Source: Verrucomicrobiota bacterium
Lineage (GTDB): Bacteria; Verrucomicrobiota; Kiritimatiellia; CAIQIC01; JAGNIJ01
Assembly: GCA_043803015.1 (NCBI GenBank)
Contig: JAZDKK010000039.1
Coordinates: 2,708-66,707, forward strand
DNA: 64,000 nt
Direction of reading: 5' to 3'
How positions within the stretch are numbered: position 1 is the stretch's first letter; every line of letters begins with the position of its first letter. Below the pieces are notes generated by a model. It was not told the DNA's origin. It saw only the letters and a list, made by a program, of their open reading frames with translations, and searched no databases. The position numbers were made by a program, and so were the translations under genes. This document shows positions 19,794 through 28,071 of the stretch, piece by piece.

Positions 19794-20630
19794 GTGATGA
19801 TCCGAGTCGCCTGCATCCAAGCTCAAGAGCTCCGGGGCTCTCTGGCCGACTCGCTGGATGCGCTCGGCGCCGACGTCCGCGCAGGCCTTCGCGGCGCCCG
19901 CATCCTCGTCAAGCCAAGCCTGAACAGCCCGGATCCCCCGCCGGCCTCCACGGATCCCGAGTTCCTCTCCGCGCTCGTCCAGCTCCTGAAGGACGCCGGG
20001 GCCGCGGACATCGTCATCGGCGACAGCTGCGGCCTGCGCTGGTGCCCGGCCGACAAGGTCCACGAACGCCTCGGCGTGCCCGGGCTCGCCCGCCGGCTCG
20101 GCGCGACCTACGTCAACTTCGACTCCGGGCCCTGGCGCACCGTCCCCGTCAACGGCAGGGCTTTGAAGGAAGTGGCCATAGCCGAGGCGTCCTTCCAGGC
20201 CGACAAGATCGTCTACGCCGCCTGCATGAAAACGCACCGCCTCGCGCGGTACAGCCTCAGCCTCAAGCACGCCGCCGGATTCCTCTCGCCGAAGATGCGA
20301 TGCCGCCTCCACCAGGGCGATCTCGAGTCGAACATCGCCGACATCAACCTGGCCGTTAAGCCCGACCTGATCTTCGTCGACGGCCGGACGTGCTTTGTCA
20401 GCGGCGGTCCCGCGCGCGGTTGGGTCCGCCGCCCGGGCATGATCCTGGCCTCGACGGACCGCGTGGCCGTGGACGTCGAGGCACTCAAGATTCTCTTGTC
20501 GTTCTTCGCCTTCAACCGCGTCCGGCGGGACCCGTGGGCCAACCCGCAGATCCGCCACGCTGTCGCCCTCAACCTGGGCGCGACGAGCGAAGCCGACTAC
20601 GAGGTGGTGAGGGGAGGAGCGTCGCGATGA
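19794..20630 (+). CDS. DUF362 domain-containing protein
   Basis: 278 aa, with a GTG 19794 or ATG 19797 start. DUF362-like blocks: ILVKPSLNSP, IVIGDSCG, MKTHRLARYSLSLKH, VDGRTCFVSGGP, LASTDRVAVDVEALKIL. Confidence 0.7.
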   Translation: MMIRVACIQAQELRGSLADSLDALGADVRAGLRGARILVKPSLNSPDPPPASTDPEFLSALVQLLKDAGAADIVIGDSCGLRWCPADKVHERLGVPGLARRLGATYVNFDSGPWRTVPVNGRALKEVAIAEASFQADKIVYAACMKTHRLARYSLSLKHAAGFLSPKMRCRLHQGDLESNIADINLAVKPDLIFVDGRTCFVSGGPARGWVRRPGMILASTDRVAVDVEALKILLSFFAFNRVRRDPWANPQIRHAVALNLGATSEADYEVVRGGASR

Positions 20631-22072
20631 ACGTGGCGCTCATCGACCTGGATCGGCGGCACCACCTTTTCAAGGTCCCGCTCTGGTGGCCCGTCTACCT
20701 GCCGTCCGTGGCCGCGGTGCTGCGCGAGAGCGGCCATGCGGTGGCGCTGATCGAGCGCGGCGTGCTGGAAGCCCGATCCCACGACAACGCCGACGAAGTC
20801 CTCCGGCGGCTTGTCGCCCGCGTCGTGAGCGCCGAGCCGGAGCTCGTGCTGTTCGATGTCCGCGCCGATTCGGCATCCGACCTGAACGCCTTCGCCGAGG
20901 CGGCACGCCGCGGCGCGCCGCGCGCGCGGCTTCTCGCCGGCGGACGGCATCCGACGCTTTGCCCGGACGAAACGCTCGAGGACTGCGGGTTCCTCGACGG
21001 CATCGTGGCCGGCGAGGCGGAGAACGCGATGTCACGCCTGGCTGCCGGCGCCGCGCTGGACGCGGTGCCCTCCGTGGTCTTCCGCCAGGCCGGGCAGGCG
21101 GCGCGCACCGCCGGCGAGGCTCCCGTGACCGACCTCGACACCCTCCCCCTCCCCGCCTGGGACCTGCTGGACATGCGCTACTACGCGCGCCGCACGCCGC
21201 GCGCGATCCCCTGCTTTCCCCTCAAGACGGCCACGCTGGAAACCTCGCGCGGCTGCCCCGGCCAGTGCACCTTCTGTTCCGAGGGCCGGATGAACTCGAA
21301 GGCGCATCGGTTCCATGGCGCCGCGTACGTGGCGGAAGCCATCCAGCTCCTGATCCGGGACTACGGCATCGACGGGGCCTACTTCTGCGACGAATCCTTT
21401 CTCGCGAACCCCGGGCGGGTCATGCAGTTATGCGAGGAGCTGATGCGCCAAGGCCTCGACCGGAAGATCCGTTGGTCGGCGCAGGTTCGCACGGACTCGG
21501 TGAATCCGGAGATCCTCGCCGTCCTCCGGAAGGCCGGATGCGTCCAGCTCGAGTACGGCGTGGAGAGCGGGTCGCAGCGCATGCTGGACAGCGTCGCCAA
21601 GGGGGCGACGATGGAGCAGAACGCCGCGGCCGTGCGGCTCGGCCGCGAGGCCGGCGTGCGGGCCCTCGTGTACATCATGTACGGACTTCCCGGCGAAACG
21701 CGGGACGACCTCCGCGAGACGGCGCGGTTCCTGGGCCGGACCAGGCCCGACATCGTGCGCTTCATCCGCTTCATGCCCTTTCCCGGAACGCCCGCCGCCC
21801 AGCAGCTCGTGGCCGCGGGCAGGCTCCCGAGGGATTTCTGGAGGGAGGCGCGCGGCGGTCGCTCCTTCTTCGAGTACACGCGGGAAAACGTGTCGGCGAT
21901 GCCGGCCGAGGTGCTCCGGACCGAAGCCCGCAGCGTTTACTTCCGGCGCGTGTTCCCGGTCTACCTCCGCGACTACCTGCGTCGCAACAGCCCGGCGGAC
22001 ATCCTTTCCCACATGCAGGCCGCGGAGCTCCTCCGGTTCCTGCGTGAGAAGATGGTTGCGCCGCGAGAATGA
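20627..22072 (+). CDS. B12-binding-domain radical SAM protein
   Basis: ATG 20627 overlaps the DUF362 stop (ATGA). There is an N-terminal Rossmann-like B12-binding region. The radical SAM cluster motif is SRGCPGQCTFCSE (CxxxCxxC). Downstream lies GVESGSQRMLD. Confidence 0.85.
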   Translation: MNVALIDLDRRHHLFKVPLWWPVYLPSVAAVLRESGHAVALIERGVLEARSHDNADEVLRRLVARVVSAEPELVLFDVRADSASDLNAFAEAARRGAPRARLLAGGRHPTLCPDETLEDCGFLDGIVAGEAENAMSRLAAGAALDAVPSVVFRQAGQAARTAGEAPVTDLDTLPLPAWDLLDMRYYARRTPRAIPCFPLKTATLETSRGCPGQCTFCSEGRMNSKAHRFHGAAYVAEAIQLLIRDYGIDGAYFCDESFLANPGRVMQLCEELMRQGLDRKIRWSAQVRTDSVNPEILAVLRKAGCVQLEYGVESGSQRMLDSVAKGATMEQNAAAVRLGREAGVRALVYIMYGLPGETRDDLRETARFLGRTRPDIVRFIRFMPFPGTPAAQQLVAAGRLPRDFWREARGGRSFFEYTRENVSAMPAEVLRTEARSVYFRRVFPVYLRDYLRRNSPADILSHMQAAELLRFLREKMVAPRE

Positions 22073-22085
22073 AGGATTGTGCACC

Positions 22086-23276
22086 ATGGGCGCCTTTGAC
22101 CTGATCGAAACGATGACGCTCTCCGCGGGGGAACGGGCCGCCATCGTGGCGGACGCGACGCACTCCGCCGATTTCCTGATCTGCGGAAACCGCATCCGCA
22201 TCCTGGGGAACACGCCGCTGCCCGCGGAGAAGTACCTGAGGTACTACCGCGCGTTCGCCGCCGAGCGCGCGGACCAGGCCGCCGACCTGGCCGTCTACTG
22301 CCGCTTGTCGGACAGCGCGTCGGGCCGCGCGGTGACCTTTCTCGCGGGCGACGAGGCGTACAGGATCACGGACCCGGACGTGATCGACCACCTCGACACG
22401 ACGCTCGACTACCTTATCTTCCCGCGGATAAGGTCTCACTACCTCGTCCACGCCGGCTGCGTGTCGCGCGGCGGCCAGGGCATGATCCTCTCGGGCTCCT
22501 CCGGGATGGGCAAGACCACGCTGACGACCTACCTCGTGTCCCGGGGCATGGGCTACCTCTCCGACGAGATCGCGCCGATCCACCGCAAGGACTGCACGGT
22601 CGAGCCCTTTCCGCTCCGGCTCGGCGTCCGCCCCGGCCCTGCGCGCAAGCTGGTCGAGGGCCTGCCGGGCGACGACTTCTCGTACGGCACCGACGAGAAG
22701 CGGCTGGTGGACGTCCGCGACCTGGGCGGACCCCCGGTCCGCGGCCCCGTGCCGCTCCACGCGGTCGTCTTCCTCGCCCAGCGCGCCACGAAGGAGGTCT
22801 CGACGCCCCTGAAGTTCGCCGGCGAAGTGCGGGTGAGCTTCCTGGGCGTGACCCCGGAATTCCGGACTGAGCTGCTGGAGAAGACCGGCACCACCCTGGT
22901 GCGGGAGGAGAAGCTGAGTCCCAAGGTCGTTGCGTGGCGGCTGCGCGTGGCCGACTCCTCCTCGTTCCTTCCGACCCTCTACGCGGTCGCCGGGAAGCAC
23001 GGCCTCCCGGTGGCGGGCGTCGAGTACGAGGACATCGACCGGCACGATTTCTCGGTGTCCCCCCATCTCGTCGAGCTGCCGAAATCGTCGGGCGTCATGG
23101 AACTCATCAAGAAGATGTCGTCCTTCCAGAAACAGAGGATCATGGACGCGGACTTCAACGGCAAGATGCCCCCGTTCGTGCAGGGAATCACGCAGCTCAC
23201 CCGGGGCGTGGCCTTCTACAAGCTCTCGCCCGGCCGCCTCGACGAGATGCTTTCCGCCCTCGAGGGCCTCCCATGA
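22086..23276 (+). CDS. HPr-kinase-related (HprK C-terminal-domain-like) P-loop kinase
   Basis: The preferred start is ATG 22086, with AAGGA 9 nt upstream. An alternative ATG 22044 overlaps the radical SAM gene. The Walker A motif LSGSSGMGKTTLTTYLVSRG followed by YLSDE resembles HprK-like kinases that accompany PqqD-type genes. Confidence 0.7.
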   Translation: MGAFDLIETMTLSAGERAAIVADATHSADFLICGNRIRILGNTPLPAEKYLRYYRAFAAERADQAADLAVYCRLSDSASGRAVTFLAGDEAYRITDPDVIDHLDTTLDYLIFPRIRSHYLVHAGCVSRGGQGMILSGSSGMGKTTLTTYLVSRGMGYLSDEIAPIHRKDCTVEPFPLRLGVRPGPARKLVEGLPGDDFSYGTDEKRLVDVRDLGGPPVRGPVPLHAVVFLAQRATKEVSTPLKFAGEVRVSFLGVTPEFRTELLEKTGTTLVREEKLSPKVVAWRLRVADSSSFLPTLYAVAGKHGLPVAGVEYEDIDRHDFSVSPHLVELPKSSGVMELIKKMSSFQKQRIMDADFNGKMPPFVQGITQLTRGVAFYKLSPGRLDEMLSALEGLP

Positions 23277-25108
23277 CGACGGCCCCCACCACACCCGCCG
23301 ATTTGACTCCCCTGGTCCGGACCTTCGGCCGCAGCATGCTGCCGCTGATCAGGAACCGGTCCCTGGTCCGCTACCTCCCGGCGACGGCCGACGACGTGGC
23401 GGTCGGCGACATCATCGTGTTCCGCCTGGCCGGCAAGCTCCACGCTCACCGCCTGATCGGCAAGCGGTCCGAAGGCGGCCAAACCCTCCTTCGGCAGAAG
23501 GGGGATCACGAGCTCTGCGGAAGCTGGGTCGAGGCCGAGGCGCTGGCGGGCAAGGCCGTCTCCGTCAGCCGCGGCACGGAGACCTGCCGCCTGGACGTGA
23601 ACCCGCGATCGCTCCGACTCCTCCTGCTGACGGCGTACGCGCGGCTCGAGTCCGGCATCGTCACGGCCTACGTCCGCCTCAAGAGCGGGCGCCGCTGGCT
23701 CGCGTGGATCAAGGGCCCCGCCCTCCTCCTGGCCTTGGCGGCAGCCCCGTTCCGATGGCTCCTCTTCCGCCTCCTCCTCACGGTCTACCGACGCCGGAGA
23801 AGGACCGAAGACCCGGCCGACCTGGCGTTTCTCCTGGCCTGCTTCCGCAGCGTCCACGACGCCGGCGGCAGGGAACCCCTGCCGCCGGTCTCCGACTGGA
23901 ACACGCTGATCGAAACGCTGGGGGTCAACCGGCTGGCGCCGCTGGCGCTCAAGCTGCTGTCGGAGGATGAGACGCGCGGGCCCGCACCTCCCCACGTCCT
24001 GCAGGTGCTGAAACAGATCCGGTACCGCGCCGCCCTGTCCCACCTCTCCGCCCTGGCGGCGCTCGGCGACATCGACCGCCTCTTCCAGGCTGCGGGCGTG
24101 GGCTACGCGGTGCTCAAAGGTCCCTACCTCTACGAGTCACTCTACGGCGGGCTCTTCCCCCGCGAGTACGAAGACATCGACCTGCTGGTGCGCCCCGCCG
24201 CCGTGGACAAGGCCTTGCCCCTGCTGTGGTCGGCGGGCTACGAGCCCGTCGGCGGAACCTGGGCCCGTTCGCTGATGCGGCGCGGGCACTTCCACCTCAC
24301 GCTCCACTCCACCGTGCCGGGGCGCCCGCCCGTCGAGCTGCACTGGTCCCTGGTGGACCGGGCCAACCTCTACCGCATCGACAACGTGGATGTCCTGCTG
24401 CGCGCCCGCCCGTTCCACGCCGGCGACCGGAAGTTCTTTGCCCTGTCCGCCGAAGACCAGTTCATCTACCTCTGCCTCCATGCCGCCAAGCACGGCGTGC
24501 TCAACGGGATCGGCCTCGCGCAGGGCTGCCCGCCCGAGTGGTTCTGCCGCCGCACCACCGGGAACGACCTGACCTGGTTCATGGACCTCGACCTCTTCCT
24601 CCAGAACGAGATGGCGGGCTTCAGCTGGACCAGGCTGGTCGAGAAGACCCGCGACTGGAACGTCATGGCCCCGATTGTCGAGTGCCTCCGCGTGCTCCGG
24701 CTGCTCCAGCCGGCCTCGGCGGCGGGCGCGGCCCTGGAGAAGCTGGGGTACTTCGACCCCGCGCCTGGCAGCGCGCCGGAGGCGACCCCGCCCTCGGCGA
24801 GGTTGCTCAAGAGCCGCGCGGGGCAGAGACTGCTGGAGAGCTCGATGCAGATGAACCCGGCGTTCTTCTTCCGCCCGGTCCGCCTGCTCCTGGCCGCGCG
24901 CCTCCTGTTCCCATCGCGCGAGGACCTGATCCAGTACTACGGCAGCCGCGACCGCCGGGGCCTCGTGAAGCTGCGTCTCACCCATCCGTTCCACATGCTG
25001 CGGAAGGTGTTCGGACGTCCCGCCGGCAGGCGCGAACCCTCGTCCCCGCCGGCCGCCGCCCATGCCCAGCGGCGCCCGGCATCGACCATCAGGGCGCGCC
25101 GGGGCTGA
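23273..25108 (+). CDS. fusion protein: S24/S26 (signal-peptidase-like) domain, transmembrane segments, and an NTP_transf_5 (PF14907-like) nucleotidyltransferase domain
   Basis: ATG 23273 overlaps the kinase stop (ATGA). The peptidase-like part reads FGRSMLPLI...GDIIVFR...HAHRLIGK. The hydrophobic stretch is [27 protein letters not shown]. The nucleotidyltransferase-like part reads [16 protein letters not shown]...[10 protein letters not shown]...VELHWSL. Confidence 0.7.
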   Translation: MTTAPTTPADLTPLVRTFGRSMLPLIRNRSLVRYLPATADDVAVGDIIVFRLAGKLHAHRLIGKRSEGGQTLLRQKGDHELCGSWVEAEALAGKAVSVSRGTETCRLDVNPRSLRLLLLTAYARLESGIVTAYVRLKSGRRWLAWIKGPALLLALAAAPFRWLLFRLLLTVYRRRRRTEDPADLAFLLACFRSVHDAGGREPLPPVSDWNTLIETLGVNRLAPLALKLLSEDETRGPAPPHVLQVLKQIRYRAALSHLSALAALGDIDRLFQAAGVGYAVLKGPYLYESLYGGLFPREYEDIDLLVRPAAVDKALPLLWSAGYEPVGGTWARSLMRRGHFHLTLHSTVPGRPPVELHWSLVDRANLYRIDNVDVLLRARPFHAGDRKFFALSAEDQFIYLCLHAAKHGVLNGIGLAQGCPPEWFCRRTTGNDLTWFMDLDLFLQNEMAGFSWTRLVEKTRDWNVMAPIVECLRVLRLLQPASAAGAALEKLGYFDPAPGSAPEATPPSARLLKSRAGQRLLESSMQMNPAFFFRPVRLLLAARLLFPSREDLIQYYGSRDRRGLVKLRLTHPFHMLRKVFGRPAGRREPSSPPAAAHAQRRPASTIRARRG

Positions 25109-25126
25109 GCCATCGCGCGCGTTCGG

Positions 25127-25190
25127 CTTGTCCCGCCGACTTGTCCGCCGGAGCCTTGGCGAAGGCGGAAGCTCGGCGAAGGCGGGAGAA
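25127..25190 (-). repeat. GC-rich repeat unit (CCGCCTTCGCC x2 ... GGCGGACAAG / GGGACAAG)
   Basis: The reverse complement reads ctcccgccttcgccgagcttccgccttcgccaaggctccggcggacaagtcggcgggacaag. This is near-identical to 63316-63377. Confidence 0.7.
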
Positions 25191-25210
25191 CGCGGGCCAC
25201 CACGGCGCCT

Positions 25211-25263
25211 TTTTTTCCAAGGGTTGGAAAAAATCCCGCCGGTTTTTCCAATCATTGGAAAAA
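25211..25263. repeat. pair of AT-rich palindromes TTTTTTCCAA-GGG-TTGGAAAAAA and TTTTTCCAA-TCA-TTGGAAAAA
   Basis: The palindromes lie at 25211-25233 and 25243-25263, with centres 31 nt apart. The same two-palindrome architecture and 31-nt spacing occur at 59469-59519. Confidence 0.75.
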
Positions 25264-25317
25264 CTTCTTTCGGCGGGGCGGCCGGCGTGGTATAGCGACC
25301 CCGCGGAGGGTTTGGTC

Positions 25318-25872
25318 ATGGAAGAGCTGATTCGCCAGTGGCTGATCAAGATCGGCGAGGACCCGGATCGCCCCGGCCTGAAACGCACGCCCCACCGCGT
25401 GGCGGAGTCCTGGAAGTTCCTCACGCGCGGCTACTCCCAGGACGTCCACGAGGAGATCAAGTCGGCGCTCTTCGACGTGGAAGCCAACCACATGATCATC
25501 GTCAAGGACATCGAGATCTACAGCATGTGCGAGCACCACCTCCTGCCCTTCTTCGGACGCTGTCACATCGGGTACATCCCGAAGGGCAAGGTGCTCGGCG
25601 TCAGCAAGCTCGCGCGCATCGCGGACATCTTCTCCCGCCGGCTCCAGCTCCAGGAGCGCCTCACGAACCAGGTCGCCCGCGAGTTGATGGACCACCTTCA
25701 GCCCGAGGGCGTGGGCGTGGTCATCGAGGCGCGCCACCTGTGCATGATGATGCGGGGCGTGGAGAAACAGAACTCGAGCATGGTGACCTCCGCCATGCTC
25801 GGGAGCTTCCACGACTCCATCGCCACCCGCCACGAGTTCCTGACCCTCATCGGCCACGAGCAGAGGGTGTAG
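25318..25872 (+). CDS. folE: GTP cyclohydrolase I
   Basis: 184 aa starting from MEELIRQWL. It contains the signature [12 protein letters not shown] and ERLTNQVA...[22 protein letters not shown] Shine-Dalgarno lies upstream. Confidence 0.95.
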   Translation: MEELIRQWLIKIGEDPDRPGLKRTPHRVAESWKFLTRGYSQDVHEEIKSALFDVEANHMIIVKDIEIYSMCEHHLLPFFGRCHIGYIPKGKVLGVSKLARIADIFSRRLQLQERLTNQVARELMDHLQPEGVGVVIEARHLCMMMRGVEKQNSSMVTSAMLGSFHDSIATRHEFLTLIGHEQRV

Positions 25873-25890
25873 GCGGCGTCGATCGCCAGG

Positions 25891-26061
25891 TCATGTTGCG
25901 GCCGCGTACGCCTTGGCGAAGTCCTTGGCGAACTCCTCGATCGTGGTCGGCGTGGTGTTGACTTTGGACCGCGCTTCCGCGGCACGGATGCGGCCTTCGT
26001 TGAAGCCCTGCAGCATCTCGATCATCAGCTGCGCGATCAGGCCGAATGCTCGCAGGGAGGT
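25891..26061 (-). pseudogene. possible remnant of the 3' end of an unrelated gene, in frame with and immediately after the TAG stop of the SGNH hydrolase gene
   Basis: 56 sense codons (TSLRAFGLIAQLMIEMLQGFNEGRIRAAEARSKVNTTPTTIEEFAKDFAKAYAAAT, then TGA) have protein-like composition. There is no start codon of its own. Confidence 0.25.
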
Positions 26062-26736
26062 CTACGTCAGCGGCGGGTTGGTCTTCGGCATCGTCGCCGC
26101 GGCCAGGGCAATCTTCATGGGCAGGTTCGCGGCCACCATCCGGTCGTACAGCATCCCGTGCCCCTGGTCGTTGATGGCCACGCCGTCACTGCCCTGGCAC
26201 TCCGGCTTGATCGTCCCGTCTTCCTTGGCGAGGCCGGTCCAGAAATCGAGGGCGCGGTCGCCGAACGTGGACATGATCCGGCCCCGGAGCTCGGCCAGCT
26301 GCTGCCGCTGGACCGGCGACGCCGCCCGGGGCTGGGAGGTCGTCACCCACACGGGCACCTTCTGCTTCTGGGCTTCCTTCACGAGCGCGTCGAGGTTCGT
26401 CATCTGCTCCTGCACCGCGTAGCCCGCGGCGACATCGGCTGTGGGAAAGCTGAGGATGATCGCGGACGGCTTCAGGGAAAGGGCATGGGTGATGTTGTGG
26501 GCGGCATCCGGGGCGGGCCGCCCCAGCGGCGGCTTGAACGTGGTGGGCATGACGTGGTACGTCGTGTGTCCCGCCACCGAGAGATTGACGATCCGGCTGC
26601 CCGGCCGCGCCGTGGCAAGATGAATGGCGTACCGGTTGGTCCAAGCCATCTGGAAGTTCGACGCGCCCACCCCGGCCGCGCACGACGAACCCAGAACCGC
26701 CACGACCAGCGGCGACGAAGAAGCAGGCCCTGCCAT
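26062..26736 (-). CDS. SGNH/GDSL-family hydrolase-like protein
   Basis: 224 aa. Block I-like VAVLGSSCAAG. Block V-like SDGVAINDQGH. No signal peptide is visible. Confidence 0.6.
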   Translation of the reverse strand: MAGPASSSPLVVAVLGSSCAAGVGASNFQMAWTNRYAIHLATARPGSRIVNLSVAGHTTYHVMPTTFKPPLGRPAPDAAHNITHALSLKPSAIILSFPTADVAAGYAVQEQMTNLDALVKEAQKQKVPVWVTTSQPRAASPVQRQQLAELRGRIMSTFGDRALDFWTGLAKEDGTIKPECQGSDGVAINDQGHGMLYDRMVAANLPMKIALAAATMPKTNPPLT

Positions 26737-26811
26737 GCGAGTACGCGCTCCCTTCTGATCACGCCATGCTCATAATTACCCCAACCACGGGGGGTTGTAC
26801 AAGCCCTCGCC

Positions 26812-27183
26812 CTACGCCCGGCCCCGCCGGCGCGTCACCTCCGCTGCGACGCTCCGCGCGAAGCGGAGGGCGCCGGGCTTGTCCACGGTCACCGTCGCAC
26901 CCGCGACCCGCGAATCCTGCAGGCAGAGCCCGGCGATCCTGTCGGCAAGCGTTTCGATCAGGTTGAAACTGCTGTTCTCGACGAGCTGGATGATCTCTTT
27001 CTTGATGCCCTTGTAGTCCACGGCATCCTTCAGCTGATCGCTCCGGGCGGCGGCCGAGTGATCGCATTCCATCACGACATTGATGATCACATCCTGCTTC
27101 TCGCGCCGCTCCTCGGGATAGACGCCGATGATGCACCGGAGCGCGAGGTCCCGGATGTGGATCTTGTCCGCGTTCTTCCTCAT
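26812..27183 (-). CDS. folB: dihydroneopterin aldolase
   Basis: The start MRKNADKIHIRDLALRCIIGVYPEERREKQDVIINV matches the FolB N-terminal pattern. ATG 27183 overlaps the SDR stop by 1 nt (TGATG). Confidence 0.8.
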   Translation of the reverse strand: MRKNADKIHIRDLALRCIIGVYPEERREKQDVIINVVMECDHSAAARSDQLKDAVDYKGIKKEIIQLVENSSFNLIETLADRIAGLCLQDSRVAGATVTVDKPGALRFARSVAAEVTRRRGRA

Positions 27184-27914
27184 CAACCAGCCCCCAACAG
27201 GTGTTGTCCTCCATCCACGAAGAGGATCTGCCCCGTGATCGCTTCGTGCTCCAGGAGGAACACCACGGCCTCGGCCACGTCCTCCGGCTTGACCTGCCGT
27301 TTCAGGGGCACCGGCCCAGCCTGGTCGCGGAGGTACCTCGCGCCCTTCCCGGGCGGCGGCAGGACCGCGCCGGGTGCGACGGCGTTGACCGTGATGCGCG
27401 GCGCCAGCTCGAGCGCCGCCATGCGCGTCACCTCGGCCAGCGCCTTCTTGCTCAGCACGTACGGCACGCAGGAGGTGTCGAGCGATGTGATCCGCCGGTC
27501 CAGCAGGTTGATGATCTTCCCCTTCCTTGCGCGCTCGGCGAACGCGCGCATCAGGAGCATCGGCGCAAACAGGTTGGGCCAGAACTCTGCCTGAAGCTTG
27601 TTCCCGGTCACGCCGTGCAGGGAATCCTTGTGGAAAACCGCCGCGTTGTTGACGAGGATGTCCAGCCGGCCCGCCCGCGCGGCCGCCCGCCGGATGAGCG
27701 ACCTGCAGGCCTTCTCCGAGTCCAACGCGGCCTGGATCGCCCAGGCCTTGCCGCCCCTGCCCCGCACCAGCCGCGTCAGCCCTGCGGCGTCGCGCGCGGA
27801 ACGGTTGTAGTGAACGACCACGTGCGCACCGCGAGCTGCGAGGGCCAGGCAGATCGCCCGCCCGATCCTCGCCGCTCCGCCGGTCACTAAAGCAACGTGG
27901 CCCTTCAGGTTCAT
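27183..27914 (-). CDS. SDR-family oxidoreductase, pteridine/dihydromonapterin-reductase-like by context
   Basis: Start at MNLKGHVALVTGGAARIGRAI (TGxxxxIG cofactor motif), NNAA, and a YxxxK region (YVLSKKAL). It is coupled to folB. Confidence 0.8.
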   Translation of the reverse strand: MNLKGHVALVTGGAARIGRAICLALAARGAHVVVHYNRSARDAAGLTRLVRGRGGKAWAIQAALDSEKACRSLIRRAAARAGRLDILVNNAAVFHKDSLHGVTGNKLQAEFWPNLFAPMLLMRAFAERARKGKIINLLDRRITSLDTSCVPYVLSKKALAEVTRMAALELAPRITVNAVAPGAVLPPPGKGARYLRDQAGPVPLKRQVKPEDVAEAVVFLLEHEAITGQILFVDGGQHLLGAG

Positions 27915-28071
27915 GGCGCGCTCCTTGATGCGTTGCGCTTCCGGCACTTTACTTCATCGCCCCGCAGACTTCCAAGCCCCGGAATTGAACACGGCAACGC
28001 GACGGGGGGTATAGTGTTGCCGCGGGGAGGTCCGTGTACTACCATTTCCGCACCCTACGAGGGAGCTGACG

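Noticed and set aside
21771-24043. Minus-strand ORFs of 507 and 275 aa lie opposite the radical SAM, kinase and peptidase genes. The plus-strand ORFs 20686-22047 and 22930-23970 are also in this region.
   Set aside because: They are shadow frames with extreme R/G/P/A content. The plus-strand frames carrying the CxxxCxxC, Walker A and SMLP motifs explain the region.
25264-25317. A GC hairpin (GCGGGG...CCCCGC) lies just before the folE Shine-Dalgarno. I considered it as a folate/THF-type riboswitch.
   Set aside because: It is too short and featureless to assign by eye, and I cannot recall the consensus well enough to support the call. An Rfam/Infernal scan is needed.
26062-26064. I considered the in-frame TAG as programmed recoding (for example pyrrolysine).
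   Set aside because: There are no pyl genes or any other supporting signal in the window. The SGNH domain appears complete before the stop. A gene-remnant explanation is simpler.
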